DNA from: Centroscyllium fabricii
Taxonomy: Eukaryota
Length of the DNA: 64,000 nucleotides
Assembly (NCBI GenBank): GCA_051313645.2
Contig: JBNRSN020000004.1
Location: 300,948,001-301,012,000 of the forward strand
Direction of reading: 5' to 3'
The position numbers were made by a program, and so were the translations under genes. This document shows, in pieces, positions 1-12,745 of the stretch; positions within the stretch are counted from its first letter, which is position 1, and each line of letters begins with the position of its first letter. Below the pieces are notes generated by a model. The model was not told the origin of the DNA. It searched no databases and saw only the letters and a program-made list of their open reading frames with translations.

Positions 1-827
1 TGTGTGGCCCGAATGTTACTTTCTACTTATCAGCCCAAGCCTGAATGTCATTCAGGTCTTGCTGCATAAGGGCACAGACTGCTTCATCATCTGAATATTT
101 GCGAATGCAACTGAACACTGCTGTGCGATCATCAGCGAATATCCCCACTTCCGACTTTATGATAGAGGGAAGGTCATTGATGAAGCAGCTGAAGCTGGTT
201 GGGCCTAGGTCACTGTCCTGAGGAACTCCTGCAGCCTTGTCCTGGGGCTGAGATGATTGACCTCCAACCACAACAATCATCTTCCTTTGTGGTAGTTATG
301 ACTCCAGCCAGTGGAGAGTTTCCCCCTGATTCCCACTTACTTCAATTTTACTAGGGCTCCTTGATGCCACAGTCAGTCAAATGCTACCTTGATGTCAAGG
401 GCAGTCACTCTTACTTCACCTCTGGATTTCAACTCTTTAGTCCATGTTTGGACCAAGACTGCAATGAGGTCTGGAGCCGAGTGGTCCTGGCGGAACCCAA
501 ACTGAGCATCAGTGAGCAGGTTATTGGTGCGTAAGGGCCGCTTGATAGCACTGTCGATGACACCCTCCATCACTTTGCTGATGATAGAGAGTAGACGGAT
601 GGGGCTGTAATTGGCCAGATTAGATTTGCCCTGCTTTTGTGGACAGGACACACTGGGTAATTTTCCACATCGTCAGGTAGATGCCAGTGTTGTATCTGTA
701 CTGGAACAGCTTGGCTAGAAGTGCGGCTAGTTCTGGGGCACACGTCTTCAGCATGACAGCTGGGATGTTGTCAGGGTCCTTAGCATTTGCTGTATCCAGT
801 GCACTCAGCTATTTCTTGATTATCACG
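1..827 (-). mobile_element. Decayed non-LTR retrotransposon (CR1/L2-group RT) fragment, host of the Rex1 insertion; same family as 25591-29597
   Basis: Minus ORFs 23-280 and 373-651 give RT motifs (QFGFR, ALDIKVAFD, GVPQ, FADD); near-identical peptides at 28021-28433. Confidence 0.85.
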
Positions 828-3017
828 CATCCGGAGGGAGCCTTTATCGTGGCGGGGGACTTCAACCACGCTAACCTCAAATCGGTGCTACCAAAATTTT
901 ACAAGAATGTCTCCTGCCCCACGAGGGGCGAGAACACGCTGGACCAGGTCTACACCAACATTGCAGAGGCTTACAAAGCCATCCCGTGCCCCCACCTCGG
1001 GAATTCCGACCACCTTTCACTGTTCCTCGCCCCAGCATACAAACCACTCATCAAAAGGGTGAAAGCTTCAACCAAAACAGTCAGGGTATGGCCAGAAGGG
1101 GCAGTCTCGGAGCTACAAGACTGCTTCGAACGCACTGAATGGAGCATGTTCGCTCACACGGACATCGAGGAATACGCATCCACAGTGCTTTTTTACATCA
1201 ACAGCTGTGTCGAGGTGGTCACTACCCAAAAAAACATCAAGACATTCCCCAACCAGAAACCCTGGATGAACGGGGAGGTCCGCTCGCTGCTGAAGGCACG
1301 TGACACAGCTTTCAAATCTGGGGATGTGGCGGCTTACAGCACAGCCAGGGCCAACCTAAAGAGGGGTATCAGGTATGCCAAACAAAACCAGACACTGAAG
1401 ATAGAGGAACACTTTCTCAACAACTCGGACCCTCGACGTATGTGGCAAGGCATACAGTCCATCACGGACTACAAGTGCAGAAACACCAGCCCCCCAACCG
1501 GCGATGCCTCCCTACCGGAGGAACTCAACAACTTCTATGCTCGCTTCGACAGGGACAACAAGGAGCCAGCCACCAAAGTCCTGCAATCACCGGAAGACCA
1601 GCCATTAACACTGTCCTGTTCCGACGTTAGAGGTGCTCTACGTAGAGTGAACGCACGGAAGGCCGTGGGTCCTGATGGCATCCCCGGCCGGGCACTCAAA
1701 GAATGTGCCGACCAACTGGCTGAAGTCTTCACTGACATCTTCAACCTGTCACTGGCGAAGGCAGCTGTCCCTACCTGCTTCAAAACCGCCACCATCATCC
1801 CTGTGCCCAAGAAAACGGCCGTGACGTGCCTGAACGACTACCGCCCTGTTGCACTTACACCCATTATCATGAAGTGTTTCGAGCGGCTGGTCCTGGCCCA
1901 CATCAAAGCCAGCATCCCCGCCACCCTGGACCAATACCAGTTCGTCTACCGTGGGAACAGATCTACAGAGGATGCTATCACTACGGCTCTTCACTCTGCA
2001 CTAAACCACCTGGATAGCAAAGATACATATATCAGAATGCTGTTTATTGACTACAGCTCAGCATTCAACACCATCGTCCCCAGCAAATTGTTTACCAAAC
2101 TCCTCACCCTCGGCCTGAACACCTCCCTCTGCAACTGGACCCTGGACTTCCTAACCAACAGACCACAGTCTGTGAAGTTAGGCAACCTCAACTCCCCCCC
2201 CCTTACCCTGAACACGGGGGCCCCACAAGGTTGTGTGCTGAGCCCCCTCCTCTACTCCCTCTTCACTCACGACTGTGCGGCTGTCCATGGCTCCAACACG
2301 ATCATCAAGTTCGCGGATGACACCACGGTGGTTGGCCAGATCACCAACAACGACAAGTCAGCCTACAGGGATGAGATCCAGCGCCTTGTGGGTTGGTGTG
2401 CCGACAACAACCTGGCACTGAACACCAAGAAAACCAAGGAGATCATAGTGGACTTCCGGAGGACTGGAAGCAGAAGACACACCCCCATCTTCATCCAAGG
2501 GGCTGAGGTGGAAAGGGTGTCCAGCTTCAAGTTCCTCGGGGTCCACATCTCGGAAGATCTCTCCTGGTCACTAAACACCTCCTCGCTGGTTAAGAAGGCC
2601 CAACAGCGCCTGTACTTCCTTAGGAAGCTGAAGAAAGCCAGGCTGTCATCCGGCATCCTCTCCAACTTCTACCGCTGCACAATAGAAAGCATACTGACAA
2701 GCTGCATCACTGTCTGGTATGGTAATTGCACTATCTCGGACCGGAAAACCCTGCAGCGGGTAGTCAAAACTGCCCAACGAATTACCGGTACACAGCTACC
2801 GTCAATGGAAAGCATCTACCTCAAACACTGCTTACGGAGGTCTATGAACATTATTAAAGACCCCACACACCCCAGCCACAGTCTGTTCGCCCCTCTGCCC
2901 TCCGGGAGACGCTACAGAGCAATTTGCACCCGCACGACTAGATTTCAGAACAGCTTCTTTCCCAGGGCTGTCAGCCTCCTGAACTCTAAAAAGAAACTCC
3001 GGTACCTGCACGCCTGA
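828..3017 (+). CDS. Rex1/Babar ORF2 (partial APE endonuclease, reverse transcriptase, C-terminal domain), open but N-terminally truncated
   Basis: Uninterrupted frame with [54 protein letters not shown]. Confidence 0.9.
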   Translation, partial: HPEGAFIVAGDFNHANLKSVLPKFYKNVSCPTRGENTLDQVYTNIAEAYKAIPCPHLGNSDHLSLFLAPAYKPLIKRVKASTKTVRVWPEGAVSELQDCFERTEWSMFAHTDIEEYASTVLFYINSCVEVVTTQKNIKTFPNQKPWMNGEVRSLLKARDTAFKSGDVAAYSTARANLKRGIRYAKQNQTLKIEEHFLNNSDPRRMWQGIQSITDYKCRNTSPPTGDASLPEELNNFYARFDRDNKEPATKVLQSPEDQPLTLSCSDVRGALRRVNARKAVGPDGIPGRALKECADQLAEVFTDIFNLSLAKAAVPTCFKTATIIPVPKKTAVTCLNDYRPVALTPIIMKCFERLVLAHIKASIPATLDQYQFVYRGNRSTEDAITTALHSALNHLDSKDTYIRMLFIDYSSAFNTIVPSKLFTKLLTLGLNTSLCNWTLDFLTNRPQSVKLGNLNSPPLTLNTGAPQGCVLSPLLYSLFTHDCAAVHGSNTIIKFADDTTVVGQITNNDKSAYRDEIQRLVGWCADNNLALNTKKTKEIIVDFRRTGSRRHTPIFIQGAEVERVSSFKFLGVHISEDLSWSLNTSSLVKKAQQRLYFLRKLKKARLSSGILSNFYRCTIESILTSCITVWYGNCTISDRKTLQRVVKTAQRITGTQLPSMESIYLKHCLRRSMNIIKDPTHPSHSLFAPLPSGRRYRAICTRTTRFQNSFFPRAVSLLNSKKKLRYLHA

Positions 3018-3134
3018 TAATGAACTTTACTGTATGCAATTTTCATGTAATTTATTTATTTTGTTTGCACTACTCTCGGGAGAGTCGAGTCTTCGTCTCG
3101 TTGTATTGTACTAGTACTCTGCTGTTGCCGCTGT

Positions 3135-4055
3135 TGCGGCGGCAACAGCAGAGGGGAGGCGGCTACAAAAGGCGCCGAGGAGCAAGGCCCAGAGCACAGC
3201 GGCAGCGGCAGAGCACAGCGGCAGCGCGGCTTTTCTCAAAGCCAGGGGGGCAGCGCGACTGGAGCGGACCTAGGAGAGGTCACGTAGTCGGCGGCGGCGG
3301 CAACAGCAGAGGGGAGGCGGCTACAAAAGGCGCCGAGTAACGAGGCCCAGAACACAGCGGCAGAGCACAGCGGCAGCGGCAGAGCACAGCGGCAGCGCGG
3401 CTTTTCTCAAAGCCAGGGGGGCAGCGCGACTGGAGCGGACCTAGGAGAGATCACATAGTCGGCGGCGGCGGCAACAGCAGAGGGGAGGCGGCTACAAAAG
3501 GCGCCGAGGAGCGAGGCCCAGAACACAGCGGCAGAGCACAGCGGCAGCGGCAGAGCACAGCGGCAGCGCGGCTTTTCTCAAAGCCAGGGGGGCAGCGCGA
3601 CTGGAGCGGACCTAGGAGAGGTCACGTAGTCGGCGGCGGCGGCAACAGCAGAGGGGAGGCGGCTACAAAAGGCGCCGAGGAGCGAGGCCCAGAACACAGC
3701 GGCAGAGCACAGCGGCAGCGCGGCTTTTCTCAAAGCCAGGGGGGCAGCACGACTGGAGCGGACCTAGGAGAGGTCACGTAGTCGGCGGCGGCGGCAACAG
3801 CAGAGGGGAGGCGGCTACAAAAGGCGCCGAGGAGCGAGGCCCAGAACACAGCGGCAAAGCACAGCGGCAGCGGCAGAGCACAGCGGCAGCGCGGCTTTTC
3901 TCAAAGCCAGGGGGGCAGCGCGACTGGAGCGGACCTAGAAAAGGTCACGTAGTCGGCGGCGGCGGCAACAGCAGAGGGGAGGCGGCTACAAAAGGCGCCG
4001 AGGAGCGAGGCCCAGAACACAGCGGCAGCGCGGGCTTTTCTCAAAGCCAGGGGGC
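3135..4055 (+). repeat. GC-rich tandem repeat, about 6 units of about 150-170 bp, in the CR1 5' UTR
   Basis: ggcaacagcagaggggaggcggctacaaaaggcgccgag recurs near 3140, 3299, 3470, 3641, 3793 and 3964. Confidence 0.95.
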
Positions 4056-4508
4056 GGGGCAAATCAATTGGAACCCGTATATAGGTGGAGCAGTTGCTAA
4101 ACCCGAGACACTACACTAGTGTCTCCCACCCTTCCACCTCCTCTAACCTTTAGGGGTTGAGAGAATTTAAAAAAAAAGGTAGGTGATTTATTGATTATTT
4201 TCAGAGACTGAACGTGAGTGGAAGGGGCTCCTGGACAGAGGTAGCAGTCGGTGGCAGCAGCAGGACCAGGGCAGGAGTTTTTCGCGGGTCTTTCTTTTCA
4301 GGAGCAGGCAGCGGGACGGTACTAGGAGGAGACAACAGGAGGCGGTGGCTATAAAGGCAAGCAGGGTAAGTGATTTATTTATTTTATTTATTTATTTTTC
4401 TGAGGTGTCTGTGGTATAACGGGGACTTCTGATAGACTAGCACCCTAGTATATATCTTGTTTTTTTGGTGGTGTTAATTTTTTGTAAAAGTAATTAGTGG
4501 GGTAAGTC

Positions 4509-5457
4509 ATGTCAGTGCAGCACGGTGCCGTGCTTTGCTCCTCCTGCCACATGTGGGAAGCCAGGGACACCACTGGAGCCCCTGGTGACCATGTGTGCGG
4601 GAAATGCGTCCACCTTCAGTTACTGACTGACCGCATTGCGGCACTGGAACTGAGGGTGGATGGGTTATGGAGCATTCACGAAGCTGAGGGGAGCGTGGAT
4701 TACTCATAGTGAGCTGGTCACACCGCAGGCTAAGGGTGTGCAGGCAGAAGGGAAACGGGTGACCATCAGAAAGAACAGTAAGGCCAGGCAGGTAGAGCAG
4801 GAAACCCCTGTGGCCATCCCCGTCACGAACAAGTATACCGCTTTGGATACTGTTGGGGGGGACGACCTACCAGGGGAAAGCAGCAGTGGCCAACCTCCGG
4901 GCACTGAGGTTGCTTCTGCTGTTCAGCTGGGGGGGAAAAGGCATGAGAGAACAATAGTGGTAGGGGACTCTATCGTAAGGGGAGCAGATAGGCGTTTCTG
5001 TGGCCGTAGACGTGACTCCAGGATGGTCTGTTGCCTCCCTGGTGCCAGGGTCAAGGATGTCACGGAACGGCTGCAGGACATCCTGAAAAGGGAGGGAAAC
5101 CAGCCAGAGGTCGTTGTACACATAGGAATCAACGACACACGTAAAAAGAGGGATGAGGTCCTGCAACAAGAATTCAGGGAGCTAGGCAGAAAGTTAAAGT
5201 GCAGGACCTCAAAGGTAGTAATCTCTGGATTACTCCCTGTGCCACGATTTAGTGAGTATAGGAATAGAAGGATAGAGCAGCTTAATACGTGGCTCAAGAG
5301 TTGGTGCAGGAGGGAGGGCTATAGTTTCCTGGATAACTGGCCCTGTTTCTGGGAAAGGTGGGACTTGTATGGGGACGACGGTCTCCACCTTAACCGGAGA
5401 GGGACCAATATCCTGGCGGGGAGGTTTGCTAGCATGGTTGGGGAGGGTTTAAACTAA
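4509..5457 (+). pseudogene. CR1 ORF1 (CxxC...CxxC zinc finger/leucine zipper plus SGNH esterase), frameshifted near 4700
   Basis: CSSCHMW...CGKC in 4509-4709; VVGDS, HIGIND and DGLHLN in 4660-5457. Confidence 0.88.
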
Positions 5458-5581
5458 CTTGGCAGGGGGTTGGGATAGGTAGTGGAAAAGAGGGAGGTCA
5501 TAGGAAGCCAGAAACAAATGGTAGGAAGGTGAGAAACAATAAGGGAGAGAAACACAAAGGGCCAAACAAATTCATAATAGT

Positions 5582-7652
5582 GTGATCAAAACAAGCCTAA
5601 AGGCTTTGTATCTTAATGCAAGAAGCATTAGGAACAAGGTGGATGAACTAGCTGTGGAAATAGAGGTAAGCAAATATGAGTTGATTGGAATTACGGAAAC
5701 ATGGCTGCAGGGGGGGCAAGGCTGGGAACTCAACATCCCGGGGTATACAACATTCAGAAAGGATCGGCACAAAAGAAAGGGAGGTGGGGTGGCATTGCTG
5801 GTGAAAGAGGGGATAAATGCAATTGAAAGGAAGGATATTAACTCAGATGATACGGAATCTATATGGGTAGAACTAAGAAACAGTAAAGGGCGGAAAACAT
5901 TAGTGGGAGTTATATACAGGCCTCCAAATAGTAATATGGAGGTGGGGGACGGCATAAAAAGGGAAATTAGAGAAGCTTGCAATAAGGGCACAGCTGTCGT
6001 CATGGGCGACTTTAATCTACATATTGATTGGACTAGCCAAGTTAGTAAAAATAGTGAGGAGGAGGAATTCCTAGAATGTCTACGGGATGGGTATCTGGAC
6101 CAATATGTCGAGGAACCAACTCGGGATCAGGCCATCTTAGACTGGGTATTGTGCAATGAGAAGGGACTAATTAACAATCTCGTTGTACGAGGCCCCTTGG
6201 GTCGGAGCGATCATAATATGATCGAATTCTCAGTTGAGATGGAAAGTGAAAAGATCAACTCAGAGACTAAGGTCCTGAATTTAAATAAAGGGAATTATGA
6301 AGGTATGAGAAGGGAATTAAGCAAGATAGATTGGGCAGTGTTCCTGGGGGGATTGAATGTGGATAGACAATGGCAAGCATTCAAGTATAGGATGGAAGAA
6401 ATACAGAACTCGTTCATACCGGTTTGGCATAAGAATAAACCTAGAAAGGTGACTCAACCGTGGATAACAAGGGAAATAAGGGACAACATTAAATCAACAT
6501 GGGTTTACAAAAGGTAAATCATGTTTAACTAATCTATTGGAATTCTTTGAGGAAGTAACTCGGAAAATAGATGGCGGAGAGCCAGTAGATGTGGTGTACC
6601 TTGACTTCCAGAAAGCTTTCGATAAGGTTCCACATAAAAGATTAGCATGTAAAATTAAGGCTCATGGGATTGGGGGCAAAGTTTTGATGTGGATAGAGAA
6701 CTGGTTGGCAGACAGAAAACAGAGAGTTGGAATTAACGGCTCGTTTTCTGAGTGGCAGTCGGTGACTAGTGGAGTACCGCAGGGGTCTGTCCTGGGACCT
6801 CAGCTGTTTACAATATATATTAATGATCTGGATCAGGGAATTGAATGTAATATCTCCAAATTCGCGGACGACACCAAACTAGGAGGGGGGGCAGGCTCTG
6901 AAGAGGGTGTCAGGAAGTTACAGGGCGATTTGGATAAGTTGGGGGACTGGGCAGATAGATGGCAGATGCACTATAATGTGGATAAATGTGAGGTTATCCA
7001 CTTTGGGGGCAAAAACAGGAGGGCAGATTACTACTTAAATGGCAATAGATTGGGAGATGGGGAGGTGCAGAGAGACCTGGGTGTTCTTGTACACCAGTCG
7101 CTGAAGGCGAGCACGCAGGTGCAGCAGGCGGTTGGGAAGGCAAATGGTATGTTGGCCTTCATATCAAGAGGGTTCGAGTATCGGAATAAGGATACCTTAC
7201 TGCAGCTGTACAAGGCACTGGTGAGACCACACCTCGAGTATTGTGTACAGTTCTGGTCGCCTCGCCTGAGGAAGGATGTTCTTGCCATGGAAGGAGTGCA
7301 GCGGTGTTTCACCAGGCTGATTCCTGGAATGGCAGGAATGACCTACGAGGAGAGATTGTGTAGTCTGGGCTTGTACTCGTTGGAGTTTAGAAGATTGAGA
7401 GGCGATCTCATTGAGACGTATAAAATTCTGAAAGGTCTGGACAGGCTAGATTCAGAGAGAATGTTTCCAATGGCGGGGGAGTCCAGAACCAGGGGCCACA
7501 GTCTAAGGATAAGGGGTAAACCATTTAGGACAGACATGAGGAAGAATTTCTTCACTCAGAGAGTGGTGGGCCTGTGGAATTCCCTGCCACAGAGGGCGGT
7601 GGAGGCCAGTTCATTAAACATATTCAAGAGGGAATTGGATATATTTCTTTAA
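5582..7652 (+). pseudogene. CR1 ORF2 (APE endonuclease plus RT) with a large internal deletion and frameshift near 6493
   Basis: YLNARS, ITETW, GDFN, SDH; jumps from PWITREIRDNIK directly to (N)QHGFTKGKSC; then LDFQKAFD, GVPQGS, FADD. Confidence 0.9.
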
Positions 7653-7838
7653 GCTAAAGGGATTAAAGGTTATGGAGAAAAGGCGGGGACGGGGTACTAG
7701 CTTGCTAAAGATCAGCCATGATCTCATTGAATGGCGGAGCAGGCTCGAAGGGCTGAATGGCCTACTCCTGCTCCTATCTTCTATGATTCTATGATTCTGC
7801 AATGACAATAAAACTTGAATTGAATTGAATTGAATTGA

Positions 7839-8060
7839 GTGAATCAAATTGGCTGAAGACTGGCTGCAGTGTTGTTGGGGACCTCAAGAGGAGGCCAAGA
7901 TGGATCATCCGCTCGGCACTTCTGGTTGAAGATGGTTGCAAACAGTTCAGCCTTGTCTTTTGCACTCATGTTCTTGGCTCCGCCATCATTGAGGATGGGG
8001 ATATTCACGAGTCCACCTCCTCCCATTAGTTGCTTAATTGTCCACCACCATTCATGACTG
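7839..8060 (-). mobile_element. Continuation of the host LINE from 1-827
   Basis: Minus peptide GGGGLVNIPILNDGGAKNMSAKDKAELFATIF matches the 26910-27698 ORF. Confidence 0.8.
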
Positions 8061-9851
8061 CATGTGATTCAGAGGTCTATGGATGGGGGCCTGAGGGCTT
8101 CAAGAGAAGAGGGCCCTGTGCAAGTATTCCCAGAGTGCGACTCTATCACCAAAAATTTACATTTTGGGGGAAAATAATTTTTTCAAGCAGACCTGCAGTT
8201 GCCTCTTTTGTCCACTGTAGCAGGCTTCTGGGCCTGCTGCAGCAAGTTTCTACCCCCAGACGGGCTTGACTCTTTATGTAAATGACCCCAGGCCTGAAAT
8301 ACAGCTGGGATCAGGGGCCACCCACAGGCTGGGCAGACGTCCTGCTCCATTGGGGTTGGCCCCCAATCAAAAAGCACAGGCCACCATTTTCTCTGACTAA
8401 CCATGAGCAGTGCCATAGGAGATCCACTACTGTATCTGTAAATTTTAAGCTAGATTTACAAGTACTGCAAGCTTGCCAGCTGTCAAAGCCACCCACATCT
8501 GAGGCCAGATCATATAGTACCGAGAATTTGATATTCCTCTATTTTCATTACACAACGAGCATGATTGGAATTGAAACCAGGGGGGGGAGGGGGGGGCAGC
8601 ACGCTCATGGTATTCATATATGCTTCGCTTCCCATTCTTACCAACAGTAAAGAATCTTTCTGCATATCTGAGCAGGATTAAGCTGCCTAATGCTTCATCA
8701 TCGAGTGGGAAGCAGGACAGGCTACCTCAGTGATACCTACAGGTTCTGTTTTTCACTTCCTGTCAACTGAACCAAGGCCAAGAAATTAGACTTGCACCTA
8801 AAATGGGTAGCAGGACAGCAAAGTGATTGCTTAGCACAGATGTCCGTGCCGACCTGAGTCCTGTTTGAAATTTGTCATTGGGTCTCATCTGAACTAAACC
8901 GGCGAGCTGCGGGTGCCAATTAAGCATCCCAATGCAGTTTTCCAGTTGGAGACTGACACCAGTTCCAACACCAAGCTGACCAGGAGGTAGATGCTGAGAG
9001 AGGGGGTGGAGGCAAAGCGGAGGAGGGCAAAACTGGGCTGACAGCAGCCCTCAGTACTTTTATAGAGCTAGGAACAGCACACCTGCTCCTCATGACATAA
9101 AGCTTAATTGGATCTCCATAGGTGGAGACCTTTAATACAATTTTCTGCCAATTCTGCCCGAACCGGTCATCTTTAAAGGGACCGCTGGCGACAATTCAAG
9201 ACCTGGTACAACAAGTTCCACCCATTTGTACACAAATTTCAACTGGGGTCCTAAACCTGGTATTAGGACCCCAATTTGCACATGCAAGACACCTAATGCT
9301 TGTTTTGGCAGGCACCCTGGTCACCTAAAAATCACCTGCTTCCAGTTAGGTGGCCGGGGCACTGCTGGGGGAGATCAAGCACAGATCACAACCTGCAATT
9401 AGTCACACAATGTTCAATTTAGGCCCAAATTCGGGGAAACAATTTTGAATTTCTCCCCCCAAATAGCTATCCACTTGGGATTAATGCATTACTGTAGTTT
9501 CGATACATATTAACACATGTGCATCCCACCACTGCAGAATTACAATAGCATTGGCTTTCATTTCTTATTCCGAACTATCATGCTTCAACAATACAACATT
9601 TAAGGCCAGATGTAAACACAGCCGTCCCGGCAGCATTAAGGTAGGTAGCTGATTAAAATAGGGGTCAGGCATTACTTGCTGCATTCCTGAAGTGTTCGTA
9701 CACGCTCCCATTTTAAGTGCTGGGGTTCCAGCATTGTTGGGGCCACCCACCAAAGGCAGACGGGGGCCTCAGATATTTAAATGTCAGGGTCATGTGAAGT
9801 CATTTGGACCCCAACGTTATCTTTAACTGACGACCGCAGCAGTGACATTCA

Positions 9852-10673
9852 GGGGGGGATTTTTCCGGAAGGGCGGGAACCTGGCGGGGATTGGTCTGGG
9901 TGGCTTCCGGTCCCACCTGCCCAAACAGCTGGGAAGCCCATGCAATTTTAGGTTAATGAGGTTGTTAAATCCCCGTCGGCGGGAGCGGGAGGTAATTAGG
10001 TCAATCGAGTCGGGCTGCAGCGGAGCTGCGAGCACTTTGACAATTCCAGCACTGGTTGTTGTCAGTTCCCATGGCAACACTCCACTGTGATGTGGAGCCA
10101 ATGGGAAAGGCCAAGTGCTGGTGACTGACAGGTGGGCGGGCGGGCTCCGAATCCCTCACAGCTCGGCACCGGCTGTGAGGTCATGGTGAGAACTGAGATT
10201 GCTCAGGTTCCGTTTTCAGCTGATGCTGAAGCCAGAACGGAGTTACTATCTCCTCTAAGGTGCTGGAGGCATGCCAAGCATTTGGCAGCATGTCCTTCAC
10301 ACCTTAAAGGAGAAAGTAATAAATTCAAGAAGTCACACAACACCAGGTTATAGTCCAGAAGTAATAACCAGCGCTGTGCTCCCGCTGGGTTTCACCCAGC
10401 GGGGTTTAAGGTGGCGGGTTTAGGGCGGAAAACACGGCAAAATGGCTGAGAGCCCTTAAAATGGCATTAAAGATGCCAATTAAGGGGCCTTAACGAGGTG
10501 ACAACCCATCCCCACCAGTCGGCGGCAGGAAGGTTTCGGGGCGGGGAATCTGGACGGGGGAAAATGAGAAAGCGGCGGGGATAAGGCAGGGAGGGGCAGG
10601 ATCCGCCGGTTCCGCTATTTTGCTGGCCGGGCCGCCCAAAACCCCGCTTCACGGGGACATGAAAATACCCCCC
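9852..10673. mobile_element. Non-autonomous TIR element (Harbinger/PIF-like MITE)
   Basis: Imperfect TIRs GGGGGGGATTTTTC ... GAAAATACCCCCC flanked by a 3-bp TCA duplication (9849-9851, 10674-10676). Confidence 0.65.
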
Positions 10674-11189
10674 TCAGTGTCTGTTCTACCAGTGAAACCT
10701 GGCAGAAGGCAGCATCATGACCAGAAGAGGCCATCTTTTGATGGTTTCTTTGTGGGCCAGGATGAACAGCAGTGCCCCATAAGAAAATCTTGGGCCTCAC
10801 CTGCCGTAGGCTTCCTTCCCCTTCCCCTGACTGTGATCCCACAGGACCTCCCCCTTCCCCGTATAGTTAGCTTATACCAGGAACCATTCCCTCAGGTCCC
10901 TGCCAGCGGACTCCTGCTGTCTGAAATCTCACTCCCATCTGCTGGCCAGATAGTAAATGCACCAGGGTTCGGCAGGAGTCTGAGTTGAATCATTTAAATT
11001 GCTGCCTGCCTCGGCCCCCACACATCACACTTATGCCCCGAGTTTGGGCTTCAGTATTTCTTAGGCAATTAGCTGTCTTTACTTTATATGGAATCTCCAC
11101 AAAAATAAATTGGACCTTCATTTCGTCCCTCGGGGGTAATTTTAACCTATCTCGCTGGGGTGTGGGAGGAGGGGGAAATCACCCAGCCA

Positions 11190-11583
11190 GGGCCTCTTGA
11201 ATTTCCCTATGCCTTGGCAACCTTGCCCACAAACACACAAGTGAAAGCCCTGTTTGATACAGGAGCGGATTACACTGTCATAGATCCTGTAATTATAAAA
11301 ACTAAGTGGACAGGTTTGGGAAGCCCAATTTGTAAAAACATCATTAGGGGGGATTCATACAAGACAAAACTAAAATAAGTTAGAATTAAGAATAAGAAAT
11401 AAATAAATGTACAAAGTTAAGATTTGAGAATAAGAATCTCTGAGGATAAGAAAAGTAAGCTATTTGTTTTTGAACTGTTAAAGTTACGATTGACTCACAA
11501 GCTGTTAACTGTATGTTGGCTCTTAAATAAATCTATATTTTTAGAACTGTCTCAAGTAGTATTTCTGTATCAAACTCGCGAAC
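11190..11583 (+). mobile_element. Remnant of an LTR retroelement: aspartic protease fragment followed by an LTR-end-like segment
   Basis: VKALFDTGADYTVID in ORF 11160-11378; downstream AATAAA and ...gaaCA end before the CR1 fragment. Confidence 0.5.
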
Positions 11584-12030
11584 AATATACTTGTCTTAGA
11601 GGCGGAGCAACGAAGTTCACCAGATTGATTCCTGGGATGAGAGGGTTGTCCTATGAGGAGAGATCAAGTAGACTGGGCCTATACTCACGAGTTTAGAGAA
11701 TGATAGGTGATCTCATTGAAACATATAAGATTCTGAGGGGAATTAACAGAGTAGATGCCGAGAGGTTGTTTCTCCTGGCTGGAGAGTCTAAAAACTGGGG
11801 GCCATACTCTCAGGATAAGGGGTTGGCCATTTAAGACTGAGATGAGGAGTAATTTCCTCACTCAGAGGGTTGTGAATTTTGGGAATTCTCTAGTCCAAAG
11901 GGTTGTGTGTGCTAAATCATGAGTATTTTCAAGGCTGAGATGGATAGATTTTGGACTCTAATGGAATCAAGGGATATGGAGATCAGGTGGAAAAGTGGAG
12001 TGGAGGTCGAAGATCAGCCACGATCGTATT
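11584..12030 (+). mobile_element. CR1 3' fragment (ERV insertion target; continues at 24464-24531)
   Basis: FTRLIPGMRGLSYEER peptide; 3' UTR split as gatcgtatt|ERV|gtattgaatgg...cctactcctgctcct...cttatgttctt. Confidence 0.85.
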
Positions 12031-12529
12031 TGAAGTAAGATATTAAAAATTGGACATAAAGAGGGCATGGCATCAAGATTTATTTGTAGAAAAGCAGGTC
12101 TATAATGGGTGAAACCACAGAGTGTTACAGAATGAAATATGCTAATTGCACCTATGCTTGACTTGCCAAAATGAAACTTACAAGCTCTTATACGTTCTGG
12201 CAGAAACAAAACTTACAAGCTCTTACAAGTTCTGGCAGAAACAAAACTTATGTGTTATCTGTGTATGAGAGGCCACCCTCGGATAGTGAATAATATGTAA
12301 TTCTTTAATTTGGTTGGATTCTCTGAGAAGGTATGGCAGCTCAAGTGTGTGTAAACATGTGTGTTTTTGAATGGCTTGTTGGAGTTGGACTCACGCAGTG
12401 GCGTGACAGGAACCCCCCCAAGCCTGAATAAACCGTTGTGACTTAAATTATTTGGTCTGTCTTTCTTTCAACAAACCAGTGACGTCGACCTTGTATATCA
12501 CTTGGTCTGCACTTTGGGGGCTTACATCA
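12031..12529 (+). repeat. ERV 5' LTR (contains an internal duplication of about 35 bp absent from the 3' LTR)
   Basis: TGAAGTAAGA...GGGGGCTTACATCA, AATAAA near 12427; aligns with 24004-24463. Confidence 0.93.
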
Positions 12530-12531
12530 AT

Positions 12532-12549
12532 TGGCGACGAGGATGAGAT
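12532..12549 (+). promoter_or_regulatory. ERV primer-binding site complementary to tRNA-Ser(GCU)
   Basis: TGGCGACGAGGATGAGAT versus expected TGGCGACGAGGATGGGAT (tRNA sequence recalled from memory), 2 nt after the LTR. Confidence 0.8.
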
Positions 12550-12745
12550 ACGCGATCTGAACAATACTCTCGGACAATGATAACCTAAGACAGGTGAGTA
12601 TGTTAAAATTACCACCTGTAAAATTAGAGGTTAATCGCTGGCGAGATGTTAAGTAAGATCGACGTATAAAAGAACTATAAAAAGAAAGACACCTTTAATT
12701 GAAGGTGGATAAAACGTTAACGACCGACAGGGGCGGCAAGGCCCC

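Larger units (their letters stand above)
3121..7797 (+). mobile_element. CR1 LINE with tandem-repeat 5' UTR, ORF1, internally deleted ORF2 and (CTATGATT)n tail
   Basis: ORF1 zinc-finger/esterase, ORF2 EN and RT, CR1 3' UTR (gatcagccatgatctcattgaatggcggagcaggctcgaagggc...cctactcctgctcct). Confidence 0.92.
828..7838 (+). mobile_element. Rex1/Babar-type LINE, 5'-truncated, with a CR1 nested in its 3' UTR; AATAAA and (TTGAA)n tail at 7807-7838
   Basis: ORF2 homology starts at [14 protein letters not shown]; the 3' UTR ...tagtactctgc resumes as (tctgc)aatgacaataaaacttgaattgaattga at about 7800; the host LINE resumes at 7839. Confidence 0.85.

Noticed and set aside
681-827. N-terminal extension of the 778-aa ORF
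   Set aside because: Antisense sequence of the older host LINE that happens to be in frame; not part of Rex1 ORF2
8060-9800. Short ORFs and partial TIR-like ends
   Set aside because: Probably degraded MITE sequence; boundaries and products could not be supported
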